Positions 1 to 7,409 of a DNA stretch of 64,000 bases are shown here, piece after piece. The notes under the pieces are model-generated. The model saw only the letters and a program-made list of their open reading frames with translations, did not search any database and was not told the DNA's origin. A program made the translations under genes and the position numbers. Each line of letters opens with the position of its first letter. Position 1 is the stretch's first letter. Where the stretch lies: the NCBI GenBank assembly GCA_964367745.1, contig CAYIYK010000004.1, positions 449-64,448 on the forward strand, read 5' to 3'. The stretch is from an uncultured Candidatus Saccharibacteria bacterium. GTDB lineage: Bacteria > Patescibacteriota > Minisyncoccia > Phycocordibacterales > PALSA-1337.

Positions 1-214
1 ACCTTTTCCGAACTAGTAAAAAACGCGAGCCTGTACTATAAATTTGCTCTTGATAGTGAAAAGAGGGATTTGGTTTCAACCATATTTACCGAACTCATCT
101 TTCATGACGGACACCTTGTAGAATATAAGGCAAAAGATGGTTTTGACGCTCTTTTGAAGAGGTCTGGGCTAACTGGCTCCGGCGGCAGGGATCGAACCTG
201 CGACCAATCGCTTA

Positions 215-781
215 CGTATCCTCCACTATTACTAATGGTACGGACTATATCATCTCCATAAGCTAACTTTGTGTTTTTCGCTTTTAGGGGTGAGGGGCTT
301 CCCATCTTTTTAAAGATAGTACTCCCTTTCGGGATAGTCTCTACACCTTCAACTGATTAATTAAAATCAGAAGCTTGGCTCGGTATTGCCCTAATTTTTT
401 AATGTTAGGGTTTCACCGAATTCACCTCATTTTCGACCAGAATTTCTTCTGGAAGCTGCTGTATGCCAGCACCGACTTCTCTATGACAATTCGCACAAAG
501 TAATACACATTTATCTAATTCAGCTTTAACTTTTTCCCAGGATCTCGTATAACCTTTATCACCTATACCAAATTCTTTTTTATCGCTATTGATATGATGG
601 AGTTCTAAAGCTCCTGCAAACCTGTTATAACCACATAATAAACACTTATTACCCTTGTACTCAATAGCCATCGCTTTAATCTTACGTCGTCTTTTTGTGA
701 CGGCTCTTATTAAAGCTTCTCTTCGGTCTGCATACTTTCTTCTATCTGACATAATTTTAATTATATCAAATAGAATCGTTT
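215..781 (-). mobile_element. Group I self-splicing intron (about 567 nt) in the tRNA anticodon loop, carrying an HNH endonuclease ORF
   Basis: The 5' exon ends in U and the intron ends in G (omega-G) directly before the 3' exon. The region 3' of the ORF (reverse complement of 215..404) contains AGACTA, a TCCCGAAAGGGA hairpin and GATATAGTCC. These resemble the P7 5' strand, P8 and the P7 3' strand (AAGATATAGTC) of group I cores. A possible P1 guide GCAG lies about 30 nt into the intron. Confidence 0.55.
405..752 (-). CDS. HNH homing endonuclease (intron-encoded)
   Basis: 115-aa ORF with CxxC...HH..N...CxxC..H pattern (CLLCGYNRF...LELHHINSDK...CANCHREV), typical of a zinc-binding HNH nuclease. 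It is in the same orientation as, and nested inside, the tRNA intron. Confidence 0.8.
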   Translation of the reverse strand: MSDRRKYADRREALIRAVTKRRRKIKAMAIEYKGNKCLLCGYNRFAGALELHHINSDKKEFGIGDKGYTRSWEKVKAELDKCVLLCANCHREVGAGIQQLPEEILVENEVNSVKP

Positions 782-845
782 ACAGGCGACTGCTCTACCG
801 CTGAGCTACACCGGAATATATTCTTTTACGGTAATAGAAATGATT

Positions 846-957
846 GGAAGGTGGTGAAGTTGTTTATGAAGACCCTTTCGCAGGACACGAAGGTGTCCGA
901 GAAGAGCAAAAAGTCAGTAGACTTTTATGCGAGGTCTGAATAGACAACTCCACCACC
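846..957 (+). ncRNA. Candidate structured small RNA (GC-rich island, long closing helix GGTGGTG/CACCACC with two internal hairpins); identity unknown, SRP-RNA-like features are weak
   Basis: GGTGGTG (850-856) pairs with CACCACC (951-957), AGTTGT with ACAACT, AGACC with GGTCT and TCGC with GCGA. There is an internal hairpin GGACAC-GAAG-GTGTCC (883-898) and a second hairpin AAAAGTC-AGTA-GACTTTT (909-926). GC content is far above the local background and no ORF is present. Confidence 0.3.
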
Positions 958-1042
958 GGCAATATCGTGGGTTCCGAATAAGCTTTTCTTTCTCCACTTA
1001 TCAATCTTTCTAATATAAAGAACATTAAGTATACTACCAGAT

Positions 1043-1276
1043 ATGTATATAAAAGTGAAGGTATTAGCAGGAGCAAAAAGAGAAATAGTAGAGAAAGAAT
1101 CAGATGATCACTATAGAATATCGGTAAAGGAAAAAGCAGAAAATAATCAAGCAAATAAAAGAATTCTAGAGATCATGCATGAACAATTTCCAAACTCACA
1201 AATAAGGATAATATCAGGCCACCATTCACCAAGCAAGATACTAAGTGTAGAGGACAAAACTACCAATGAGTCTTGA
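1043..1276 (+). CDS. DUF167/YggU-family small protein
   Basis: 77 aa. Pattern IKVKV.P.AK...I...........V.A.P..G.AN..L...L...F....I.I..G..S..K matches the YggU (UPF0235) family. Confidence 0.65.
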   Translation: MYIKVKVLAGAKREIVEKESDDHYRISVKEKAENNQANKRILEIMHEQFPNSQIRIISGHHSPSKILSVEDKTTNES

Positions 1277-2231
1277 TATACTCTGAAGTCTCACTCATAG
1301 AAAAAGGCTGAGTACTATTCCCTACTCTCACATAAAAATCTTCTTTTTTATCACCACTGATAAGATAAGCGGGTTTATGACCTTCTCTAACATTAATAAT
1401 ACAAATATCTTTGCCATCAATTTTATCAAATTTAACACTTACATATTTAGAAAAAGAAAGACCGATCATAGTTTTAATCAGCATACTTAGGTGATTCTCG
1501 AAGCCATCACGATTCTTCTTTGGAAGAGCTTTAAAATCATTTTCAAGACCGGTAACTTTACCATCATCATTTACACCAATAATAAGAGTACCACCATCAG
1601 CATTCAAAAACCCTACAATAGTTTTCATAATAACTTTCTCAAGTTCTTTACTAACTTCACCTTTTCTAACATCATATCTTAAAGTCTCTTTGAATTCGAC
1701 AAAAGCACTCTCACCATCTTCGATAAGCTTCAAAGGATCACTAGTTATGATACGCCCTGAAGCACTATGCGCCATTTGCTTTATCATATGTGAATAGTCT
1801 TCGTAATCAGCAATATTTTTAATCTTTGTAATACGAGAATTGTTATGCTCTATAATAATAGTTGCATGATTCATCAGTCTTCCAAGTGGAGATTGATAAA
1901 CTTCAACAGAAGCGACTTCATCCATACTTACTGATTTTCTTCTACGAAAAAGTAGGCCTGATTTCTTTATTATCTCTTTATCCTTTATTTCATAATGAGA
2001 GAAATACCAATTCAAAAATAGGATAAAAATGTAAGACAATTGAAAAACTGAGAATAGAATAATTATAAAAATATCATATCGAATATATTTAAAGAGTGAA
2101 AAAGACTTATACAACTCCTCATAGTTAGCAAGAAAAGAGGCGAAAAAGAACATTAGGGAAGCAAGTATTTCCATCACCATCACGTCTCTCAAAAAGACTA
2201 ATGGTCCTTCTTTTATGACGATTTTTCTCAT
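1260..2231 (-). CDS. Membrane protein with N-terminal TM segments, a bacterial PH-like (YdbT/bPH_2-like) region and a C-terminal AlbA_2 (Schlafen-like, divergent-AAA) nucleic-acid-binding domain
   Basis: Hydrophobic N-terminus with two predicted TM helices. The C-terminal block ESAFVEFKETLRYD...VGFLNADGGTLIIGVNDDGKVTGL is characteristic of the AlbA_2/Schlafen-type domain. Confidence 0.6.
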   Translation of the reverse strand: MRKIVIKEGPLVFLRDVMVMEILASLMFFFASFLANYEELYKSFSLFKYIRYDIFIIILFSVFQLSYIFILFLNWYFSHYEIKDKEIIKKSGLLFRRRKSVSMDEVASVEVYQSPLGRLMNHATIIIEHNNSRITKIKNIADYEDYSHMIKQMAHSASGRIITSDPLKLIEDGESAFVEFKETLRYDVRKGEVSKELEKVIMKTIVGFLNADGGTLIIGVNDDGKVTGLENDFKALPKKNRDGFENHLSMLIKTMIGLSFSKYVSVKFDKIDGKDICIINVREGHKPAYLISGDKKEDFYVRVGNSTQPFSMSETSEYIKTHW

Positions 2232-2251
2232 ACAACTATATTAGCACAAAG

Positions 2252-2956
2252 TTACAACTTATAACCATTTATTCTTGTTCTTTTTATAGAAAAAGCTAAA
2301 GACGGAATATCACAATCCTTCCCAATTCTATCTGCCAAAGTTCTCATATAAGTACCACTCGAACAACTAACTTTAATTTTTAAAATAATAAATTTAACAA
2401 TACCATTTTTATCAGAAAAATCTTTCCATTTATCCAGAATTTCTTTTTGTCTAAAGTCCCCTTTAACCTTTGAAATATTTTGATTAACTATTTCATAAAT
2501 TTTACTACCAGATACAGCTTTCGAACCAACTTGCTCAATACTATATATCTCTACTTCTTTAGTCGGCATTTCTTCAGGCATTTCTCCACCTTTTTCCAAC
2601 ATAGAAATAATTTTCGAAGAATATCTAGGATATTGTTGAATGAATTTCCCTTTATATTTATTAAAATCGATAGAATCAAAAGACTTCTTCTCTATATCTG
2701 TGATCAAACCCAAACTGTCAAAACTGTCAGTTGAAACACCAAAAAGTATTTCAACTTCATATTCTTTATCCATTCTTAGATATTTTTCTTTATCTTTACA
2801 ATCATCTCCAACAAGGATGATGAGTAGACCTTCTGCCATAGGATCAAGACGTCCAGCATAGGTCATTGGTATGTCTTTTGGTTTGCCATATTCAAGTCGA
2901 ATACGTTCTAGACATTCAAGAGGTGTTTCGCCTATATTTTTGTAAGTTAAATACAT
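2252..2956 (-). CDS. truB: tRNA pseudouridine(55) synthase
   Basis: Motif AGRLDPMAEGLLIILVG (TruB catalytic Asp motif) and a C-terminal PUA-like region. Confidence 0.85.
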   Translation of the reverse strand: MYLTYKNIGETPLECLERIRLEYGKPKDIPMTYAGRLDPMAEGLLIILVGDDCKDKEKYLRMDKEYEVEILFGVSTDSFDSLGLITDIEKKSFDSIDFNKYKGKFIQQYPRYSSKIISMLEKGGEMPEEMPTKEVEIYSIEQVGSKAVSGSKIYEIVNQNISKVKGDFRQKEILDKWKDFSDKNGIVKFIILKIKVSCSSGTYMRTLADRIGKDCDIPSLAFSIKRTRINGYKL

Positions 2957-2966
2957 ATTTGTTACA

Positions 2967-4283
2967 ATGTACCTTATGAGTAAAAACTTATCAACCGACC
3001 CATATAAGGGTGTTCGTGACTTCTATCCCGAGGATATGGCAGTACAAAATCAGATATTCAAAATCTGGAGAACTGTCGTAGAGAAATTCGGCTACCAAGA
3101 ATACAATGCTTCAGTACTAGAACCAGCAGAACTATATAGAGCAAAGACTGGAGAAGAAATATTGGAAAGACAATCTTACCTTTTTAAAGACCGTGGAGAT
3201 CGAGAAGTTATGCTACGTCCTGAAATGACTCCGACACTAGCAAGAATGGTAGCAGGAAGAAAAAGAGAGCTTTCATATCCTCTACGTTGGTATTCAATTC
3301 CCAACTTTTTTAGATATGAACAACCACAAAGAGGAAGATTGAGAGAATTCTGGCAATTGAATGTTGATATTTTTGGCGTAGACAATATCCAAGCTGAAAT
3401 CGAAATAATCCAAATCGCGTATGAAATAACAAAAGCATATGGTCTAAAAGATTCAGAATTCGAAATACGCTTGGGTAATAGAAAAATTTTAAACTATATA
3501 ACAAAAGACGTTTTTAGTCTTGATGAAGAGAATTCTCAAAAGCTTTTAAAACTTATAGATCAAAAAAGAAAAATTCCTAGTGATGTTTTCGCAAGTACAG
3601 CAGAGACAATACTTGGCGATACTCCAAATGGAAAAAGAATAAGCCAGTTTTTAGCTTTGATGAATTCACAGAATTTTGAAGAATTCACAAATCATTTAAA
3701 TCAAACAAAAGAAGAGCATATTGGTATAAAAGAAGTTAGAGAAGCTCTTAAAGGACTACAATCGCTCGGAGTAACAAATGCAATATTTGATCAAACCATA
3801 ACTCGTGGAATGGACTACTATACTGGAGTTATCTTTGAAGTATTCGACAAAAATCCAAACAATAGAAGATCAGTATTTGGTGGAGGAAGATACGATGATT
3901 TGCTTTCACTTTTTGGAACAGAGAAAGTTCCTGCTTTTGGCTTCGGTGCTGGAGACGTCGTAGCACGAGATCTTATGGAAACATATGGAGGAATAAATTC
4001 ACCGGAATCAGTATACCCAGCAGATATTTACCTTTGTCTATTAAATAAAGAAGTCTCACCTTATGCTCAAGAACTTGCTCAAGCCTTAAGAAATAAAGGA
4101 ATAAAAGTAAGTATAGATTATTCTTTTAGAAAAATTGGGGATCAAATAAAAACTGCCGACAAAATACATATTCCTAATATAATATGTATCGGCGAAGAAG
4201 AAGTCAAAACTGGCAATATAAAGTTAAAGAACTTAAAGTCAGGTGAAGAAAAAATCTATACTATTGATACAATAGTTATATAA
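2967..4283 (+). CDS. hisS: Histidine--tRNA ligase
   Basis: Class II aaRS motifs and the HisS signatures (RPEMT, FRYEQPQRGRLREFWQ, GGGRYDDL). An alternative start is at 2976. Confidence 0.9.
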   Translation: MYLMSKNLSTDPYKGVRDFYPEDMAVQNQIFKIWRTVVEKFGYQEYNASVLEPAELYRAKTGEEILERQSYLFKDRGDREVMLRPEMTPTLARMVAGRKRELSYPLRWYSIPNFFRYEQPQRGRLREFWQLNVDIFGVDNIQAEIEIIQIAYEITKAYGLKDSEFEIRLGNRKILNYITKDVFSLDEENSQKLLKLIDQKRKIPSDVFASTAETILGDTPNGKRISQFLALMNSQNFEEFTNHLNQTKEEHIGIKEVREALKGLQSLGVTNAIFDQTITRGMDYYTGVIFEVFDKNPNNRRSVFGGGRYDDLLSLFGTEKVPAFGFGAGDVVARDLMETYGGINSPESVYPADIYLCLLNKEVSPYAQELAQALRNKGIKVSIDYSFRKIGDQIKTADKIHIPNIICIGEEEVKTGNIKLKNLKSGEEKIYTIDTIVI

Positions 4284-4288
4284 ATAAA

Positions 4289-4870
4289 ATGAGGAAAATA
4301 ACATTCGATATTGAAACTAGAAATATTTTTAGTGATGTAAATTCAAATGACCCTACCGCTCTTGATATCTCAGTTGTTTGCATTCACGATTCGCTAAATG
4401 ATAGCTATTCGAGTTACCTTCAAGAAGATTTACCTAAACTTTGGCCAATACTAGAACAAGCAGATATGTTAATCACCTTTAACGGTGACCATTTTGATAT
4501 TCCCCTTTTAAATAAATACTATTCTGGAGATTTAGGCAAAATAAAAAGTCTTGATCTACTAGCTGAAGTCAAAAACTCTATAGGAAGAAGGATTAAACTC
4601 GACACGATTGCAGAAGCAACTCTAGGTACAAACAAAAGTGGTCATGGTCTACAAGCAGTAGAATGGTGGAAAACTGGTGAAATAGATAAAATAATCAAAT
4701 ATTGTATAGAAGATGTAAAGATTACAAAACAACTTTATGACTATGCACTAGCAAATAGCAATCTGAAGTACAAAGATTTGGCAGGTGGAGCGATAAAAGA
4801 TATAAAACTTAATACAAAAGATTGGGAAATGAAAAAAGAATCGTCAATGACATTTACACTTCCTTTTTAA
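4289..4870 (+). CDS. RNase H-like fold protein, predicted 3'-5' exonuclease (PolB-exonuclease-like/YprB-type)
   Basis: The N-terminal FDIET motif plus downstream acidic motifs (FNGDHFDIP, YCIEDV) resemble a DEDD-type exonuclease. Confidence 0.55.
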   Translation: MRKITFDIETRNIFSDVNSNDPTALDISVVCIHDSLNDSYSSYLQEDLPKLWPILEQADMLITFNGDHFDIPLLNKYYSGDLGKIKSLDLLAEVKNSIGRRIKLDTIAEATLGTNKSGHGLQAVEWWKTGEIDKIIKYCIEDVKITKQLYDYALANSNLKYKDLAGGAIKDIKLNTKDWEMKKESSMTFTLPF

Positions 4871-4887
4871 TAAGTATAATGTAATTT

Positions 4888-5691
4888 ATGAATAAAATAA
4901 TTTCAATTTTTGCAGTATTAATAATTGCGGTTCTGATTTTAGTTTCAGTTAATAAAAAGAATGATGTTAAGAAAGTTACAGAAAATACAGTAGCGACTTC
5001 TACAGTTGGCGCAATACAGATTTCTGATATTAAGATTGCTGATGGTGTATACACAATAAATCCTTCAGATGTAAAACTTACTTGGACAGGTAGAAAAGTC
5101 ATATTGAAAAAGTGGATTGATAGTGGAGTAGTAAGTGTGAAAGAAGCTAGTTTTGAAATAAAGGACAATAGTGCTATTTCAAACAAGTTTGTCATCGACA
5201 TGACAAGTATTACAGGCAAGTCTACTGGTGCTGGGGGAGGACAAGACAAGCTAACTACACATCTAAAGTCTGCTGATTTCTTTGATGTAGCACAATTCCC
5301 TACTTCAACTTTCGTAGCAAAAGAATTGGTAGTTGATACAAGTACTTCAACAAAAGAAATTCCAGCAAATTCAAAGAGATTTATAATAAATGGTGATATG
5401 ACAATAAAGGGTGTTACAAATCCAATATCAATCCCTACAGTATTTACAGCTTCAACTGATGGTCTAAATATTACAGCTGTAGGTTCTGTCGATCTAGATA
5501 GAACACTTTGGAATGTAAAATACGGTTCAGGCAAATTCTTCGACAATCTTGGAGACAATGTAATCGATGATATGTTCAATATCTCATTTGAAACAAAGAT
5601 ATCACTAGGTAGTACAACTACAGCTAGTACAACTTCAACAACTGCTAGTTCAACACCAGTAACAGCAAGTTCAACTCCAATTAAAAAATAA
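4888..5691 (+). CDS. YceI-like (polyisoprenoid-binding) family lipoprotein/secreted protein with a Thr/Ser-rich C-terminal tail
   Basis: N-terminal TM/signal segment. YceI-like motifs (HLKSADFFDVAQFPTSTF, DMTIKGVT). The C-terminus is TTASTTSTTASSTPVT. Confidence 0.7.
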   Translation: MNKIISIFAVLIIAVLILVSVNKKNDVKKVTENTVATSTVGAIQISDIKIADGVYTINPSDVKLTWTGRKVILKKWIDSGVVSVKEASFEIKDNSAISNKFVIDMTSITGKSTGAGGGQDKLTTHLKSADFFDVAQFPTSTFVAKELVVDTSTSTKEIPANSKRFIINGDMTIKGVTNPISIPTVFTASTDGLNITAVGSVDLDRTLWNVKYGSGKFFDNLGDNVIDDMFNISFETKISLGSTTTASTTSTTASSTPVTASSTPIKK

Positions 5692-5693
5692 TA

Positions 5694-6533
5694 ATGGACA
5701 ATCCAAAACCACAACCAGTACTTAATATTCCAACTGCAATAGTTATTGCAGGCGCGATCATCGCAGGTGCAGTTATTTGGACAAAGGGTCCAATGGTGCC
5801 GAAGAATAACAATGTTGCTTCTGCTTCAGAATCATTTGAGCAGAATCTAAAACCAGTTACAGAGAATGATCACATATATGGCAATCCGAATGCAAAGGTA
5901 AAAATTATCGAGTATTCTGATCCTTCTTGTCCTTTCTGCAAAGTCTTCCACAATACAATGAAGAAACTGATGAATGATTACGGTACTGGCGGGAACGTGG
6001 CTTGGGTTTATAGAAGTTATCCATTAGATAAACCGGGAGTGGACGGTAGAATACTTCATCCAAATGCAGGTTATGAATCTCAAGCTATGGAATGCGCAGC
6101 TGATCAAGGAGGAAATGAGAAATTCTGGAAATATACAAATCGACTATATGAAATCACTCCATCAGTAACATCAAATAGCCCGGAGGGATTGGATAGAAAG
6201 CAATTACCAGAAATCGCAAAGTTCGCAGGTTTAGACACAGAGAAATTCAACAACTGTCTAGCTACAGCAAAGTTCAAAGAAAAAGTAGAATCTGATTTCA
6301 ATGATGGATTGAATATCGGTATACAAGGAACACCATCAAGTATCATAGTTCTAGACAAACCATTCTCAGTATCAATAAAAGAAAAGTTGATGGCAATATA
6401 CGAGCCATACAAAGATCCTCAGACTGGTGAATATCCTCTAAGATTAAGTGCAGATAATAAAATGGTAATGCTAGGTGGAGCAATGCCAATAGAAGTAATG
6501 AAAGCGACGATAGATCTACTCTATAGTTATTAA
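5694..6533 (+). CDS. DsbA-like thiol:disulfide oxidoreductase (thioredoxin fold, CPFC active site), membrane anchored
   Basis: N-terminal TM helix. SDPSCPFCKVFH CxxC motif in a thioredoxin-like context. Confidence 0.8.
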   Translation: MDNPKPQPVLNIPTAIVIAGAIIAGAVIWTKGPMVPKNNNVASASESFEQNLKPVTENDHIYGNPNAKVKIIEYSDPSCPFCKVFHNTMKKLMNDYGTGGNVAWVYRSYPLDKPGVDGRILHPNAGYESQAMECAADQGGNEKFWKYTNRLYEITPSVTSNSPEGLDRKQLPEIAKFAGLDTEKFNNCLATAKFKEKVESDFNDGLNIGIQGTPSSIIVLDKPFSVSIKEKLMAIYEPYKDPQTGEYPLRLSADNKMVMLGGAMPIEVMKATIDLLYSY

Positions 6534-6547
6534 AATAGCAAAAGAAA

Positions 6548-6572
6548 AGCCAGACACTGTCTGGCTTTTTTG
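6548..6572 (+). terminator. Rho-independent terminator after the DsbA-like gene
   Basis: AGCCAGACA-C-TGTCTGGCT perfect hairpin followed by TTTTTT. Confidence 0.7.
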
Positions 6573-6630
6573 ATTCAAATTTCTTCGGCTAAGTGAGAGA
6601 AGTGGTATCTTTCTCCACATTCAATTCTCG

Positions 6631-7239
6631 TCAAAGATCAGAGATAGTCAAAGTTTTTTCTTCCAACTCAGTCTCAAGCGAAGAGATTCTTTGCTTGAGT
6701 TTCTCGATTTCCACACACTGAGCAGTACGTTTGTCTGCTGTGGCGTATGATTCGAGTGTTTCGAGATCGATGACACCGGCTGCAAACTGAAAAAGAAGAT
6801 CTGGGTCATCAACAAGCTGGAAACCTTCTGGAGGGTTTTTCCCTCTAGGAGAAAACTCTGTATAGGTGGCAAATTTTCTGCCGTCTTCCAAAGTGATCAC
6901 TGCCGGGAAACGATCTCCGAAAGATATAGTACCTCCATCAAAAACGTAATGTCTTTCCAGATCGGCAAAAATAATTTTATTATTCTGACTGATGCCAATA
7001 AATGCATGAGTGATGAGGGTATCGTGACCTTGATTGTAGCCAATAATGAGTCCAATCACTGTCATTTTTATACCACTCGGAGGCCTTACCACAATCGGTG
7101 TTCTGTCAAAACCCACCCTGCTTTTCTTGGCAAGGGTACAACTACACCCGATAACACCCACACTAGTATTATCGAATTTGGATGTAAGAACAACTGTACC
7201 ATTCTCGACACTTACTTTGATCAATTCACTAATTTTCAC
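6631..7239 (-). CDS. Hypothetical protein with a C-terminal coiled coil; weak resemblance to a dUTPase/dCTP-deaminase-like or Ntn-like beta-fold, unassigned
   Basis: 202-aa ORF with good coding character. The C-terminal 40 aa are heptad-like (LKQRISSLETELEEK). No confident family match from sequence alone. Confidence 0.45.
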   Translation of the reverse strand: MKISELIKVSVENGTVVLTSKFDNTSVGVIGCSCTLAKKSRVGFDRTPIVVRPPSGIKMTVIGLIIGYNQGHDTLITHAFIGISQNNKIIFADLERHYVFDGGTISFGDRFPAVITLEDGRKFATYTEFSPRGKNPPEGFQLVDDPDLLFQFAAGVIDLETLESYATADKRTAQCVEIEKLKQRISSLETELEEKTLTISDL

Positions 7240-7409
7240 AACTGCCCTTTCCTTTATTCAGAGACATCGTCTCTGAGGATTTAGGTGATGCATTCATCGA
7301 ATACATCTTACGAAAACCGTTCGTATTCGGAACTATGAAGAACATAGCTTTCGTATATATACCATATAAAAGTACTTATGTAAAGATGTTTCGAAACATT
7401 ATCTATATG

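Larger units (their letters stand above)
174..815 (-). tRNA. tRNA-Asn(GUU) interrupted by an intron in the anticodon loop (exon 1 = 782..815, exon 2 = 174..214 including encoded CCA)
   Basis: Reverse complement of 782..815 gives TCCGGTG-TA-GCTC-AGCGGTA-GAGC-A-GTCGC-CTGT, i.e. acceptor, D-arm and 5' anticodon stem. Reverse complement of 174..214 gives TAA-GCGAT-TGGTC-GCAGG-TTCGATC-CCTGC-CGCCGGA-G-CCA. The two halves join into a 75-nt cloverleaf with a 7-bp acceptor stem (one G-U), anticodon loop CUGUUAA, discriminator G73 and T-loop TTCGATC. The joined anticodon loop is identical to E. coli tRNA-Asn. Confidence 0.65.

Noticed and set aside
174-214. T-arm/acceptor-like 3' element (GGTTCGATCC ... 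GCCA) considered as a tmRNA 3' end or a lone tRNA fragment
   Set aside because: A matching 5' half (acceptor, D-arm, anticodon 5' stem) sits 567 nt away at 782..815 and completes a canonical tRNA. No tmRNA-like 5' end or tag reading frame is present.
70-305. ORFs 70..261 (+) and 102..305 (-)
   Set aside because: They overlap the tRNA 3' exon and the group I intron core. The composition is not coding-like.
864-1154. ORF 864..1154 (-), 96 aa, low-complexity Leu/Phe-rich
   Set aside because: It overlaps the GC-rich RNA-like island and the convincing DUF167 gene on the opposite strand.
4854-5714. ORF 4854..5714 (-), 286 aa
   Set aside because: Antisense shadow ORF of the YceI-like gene. It has biased low-complexity translation.
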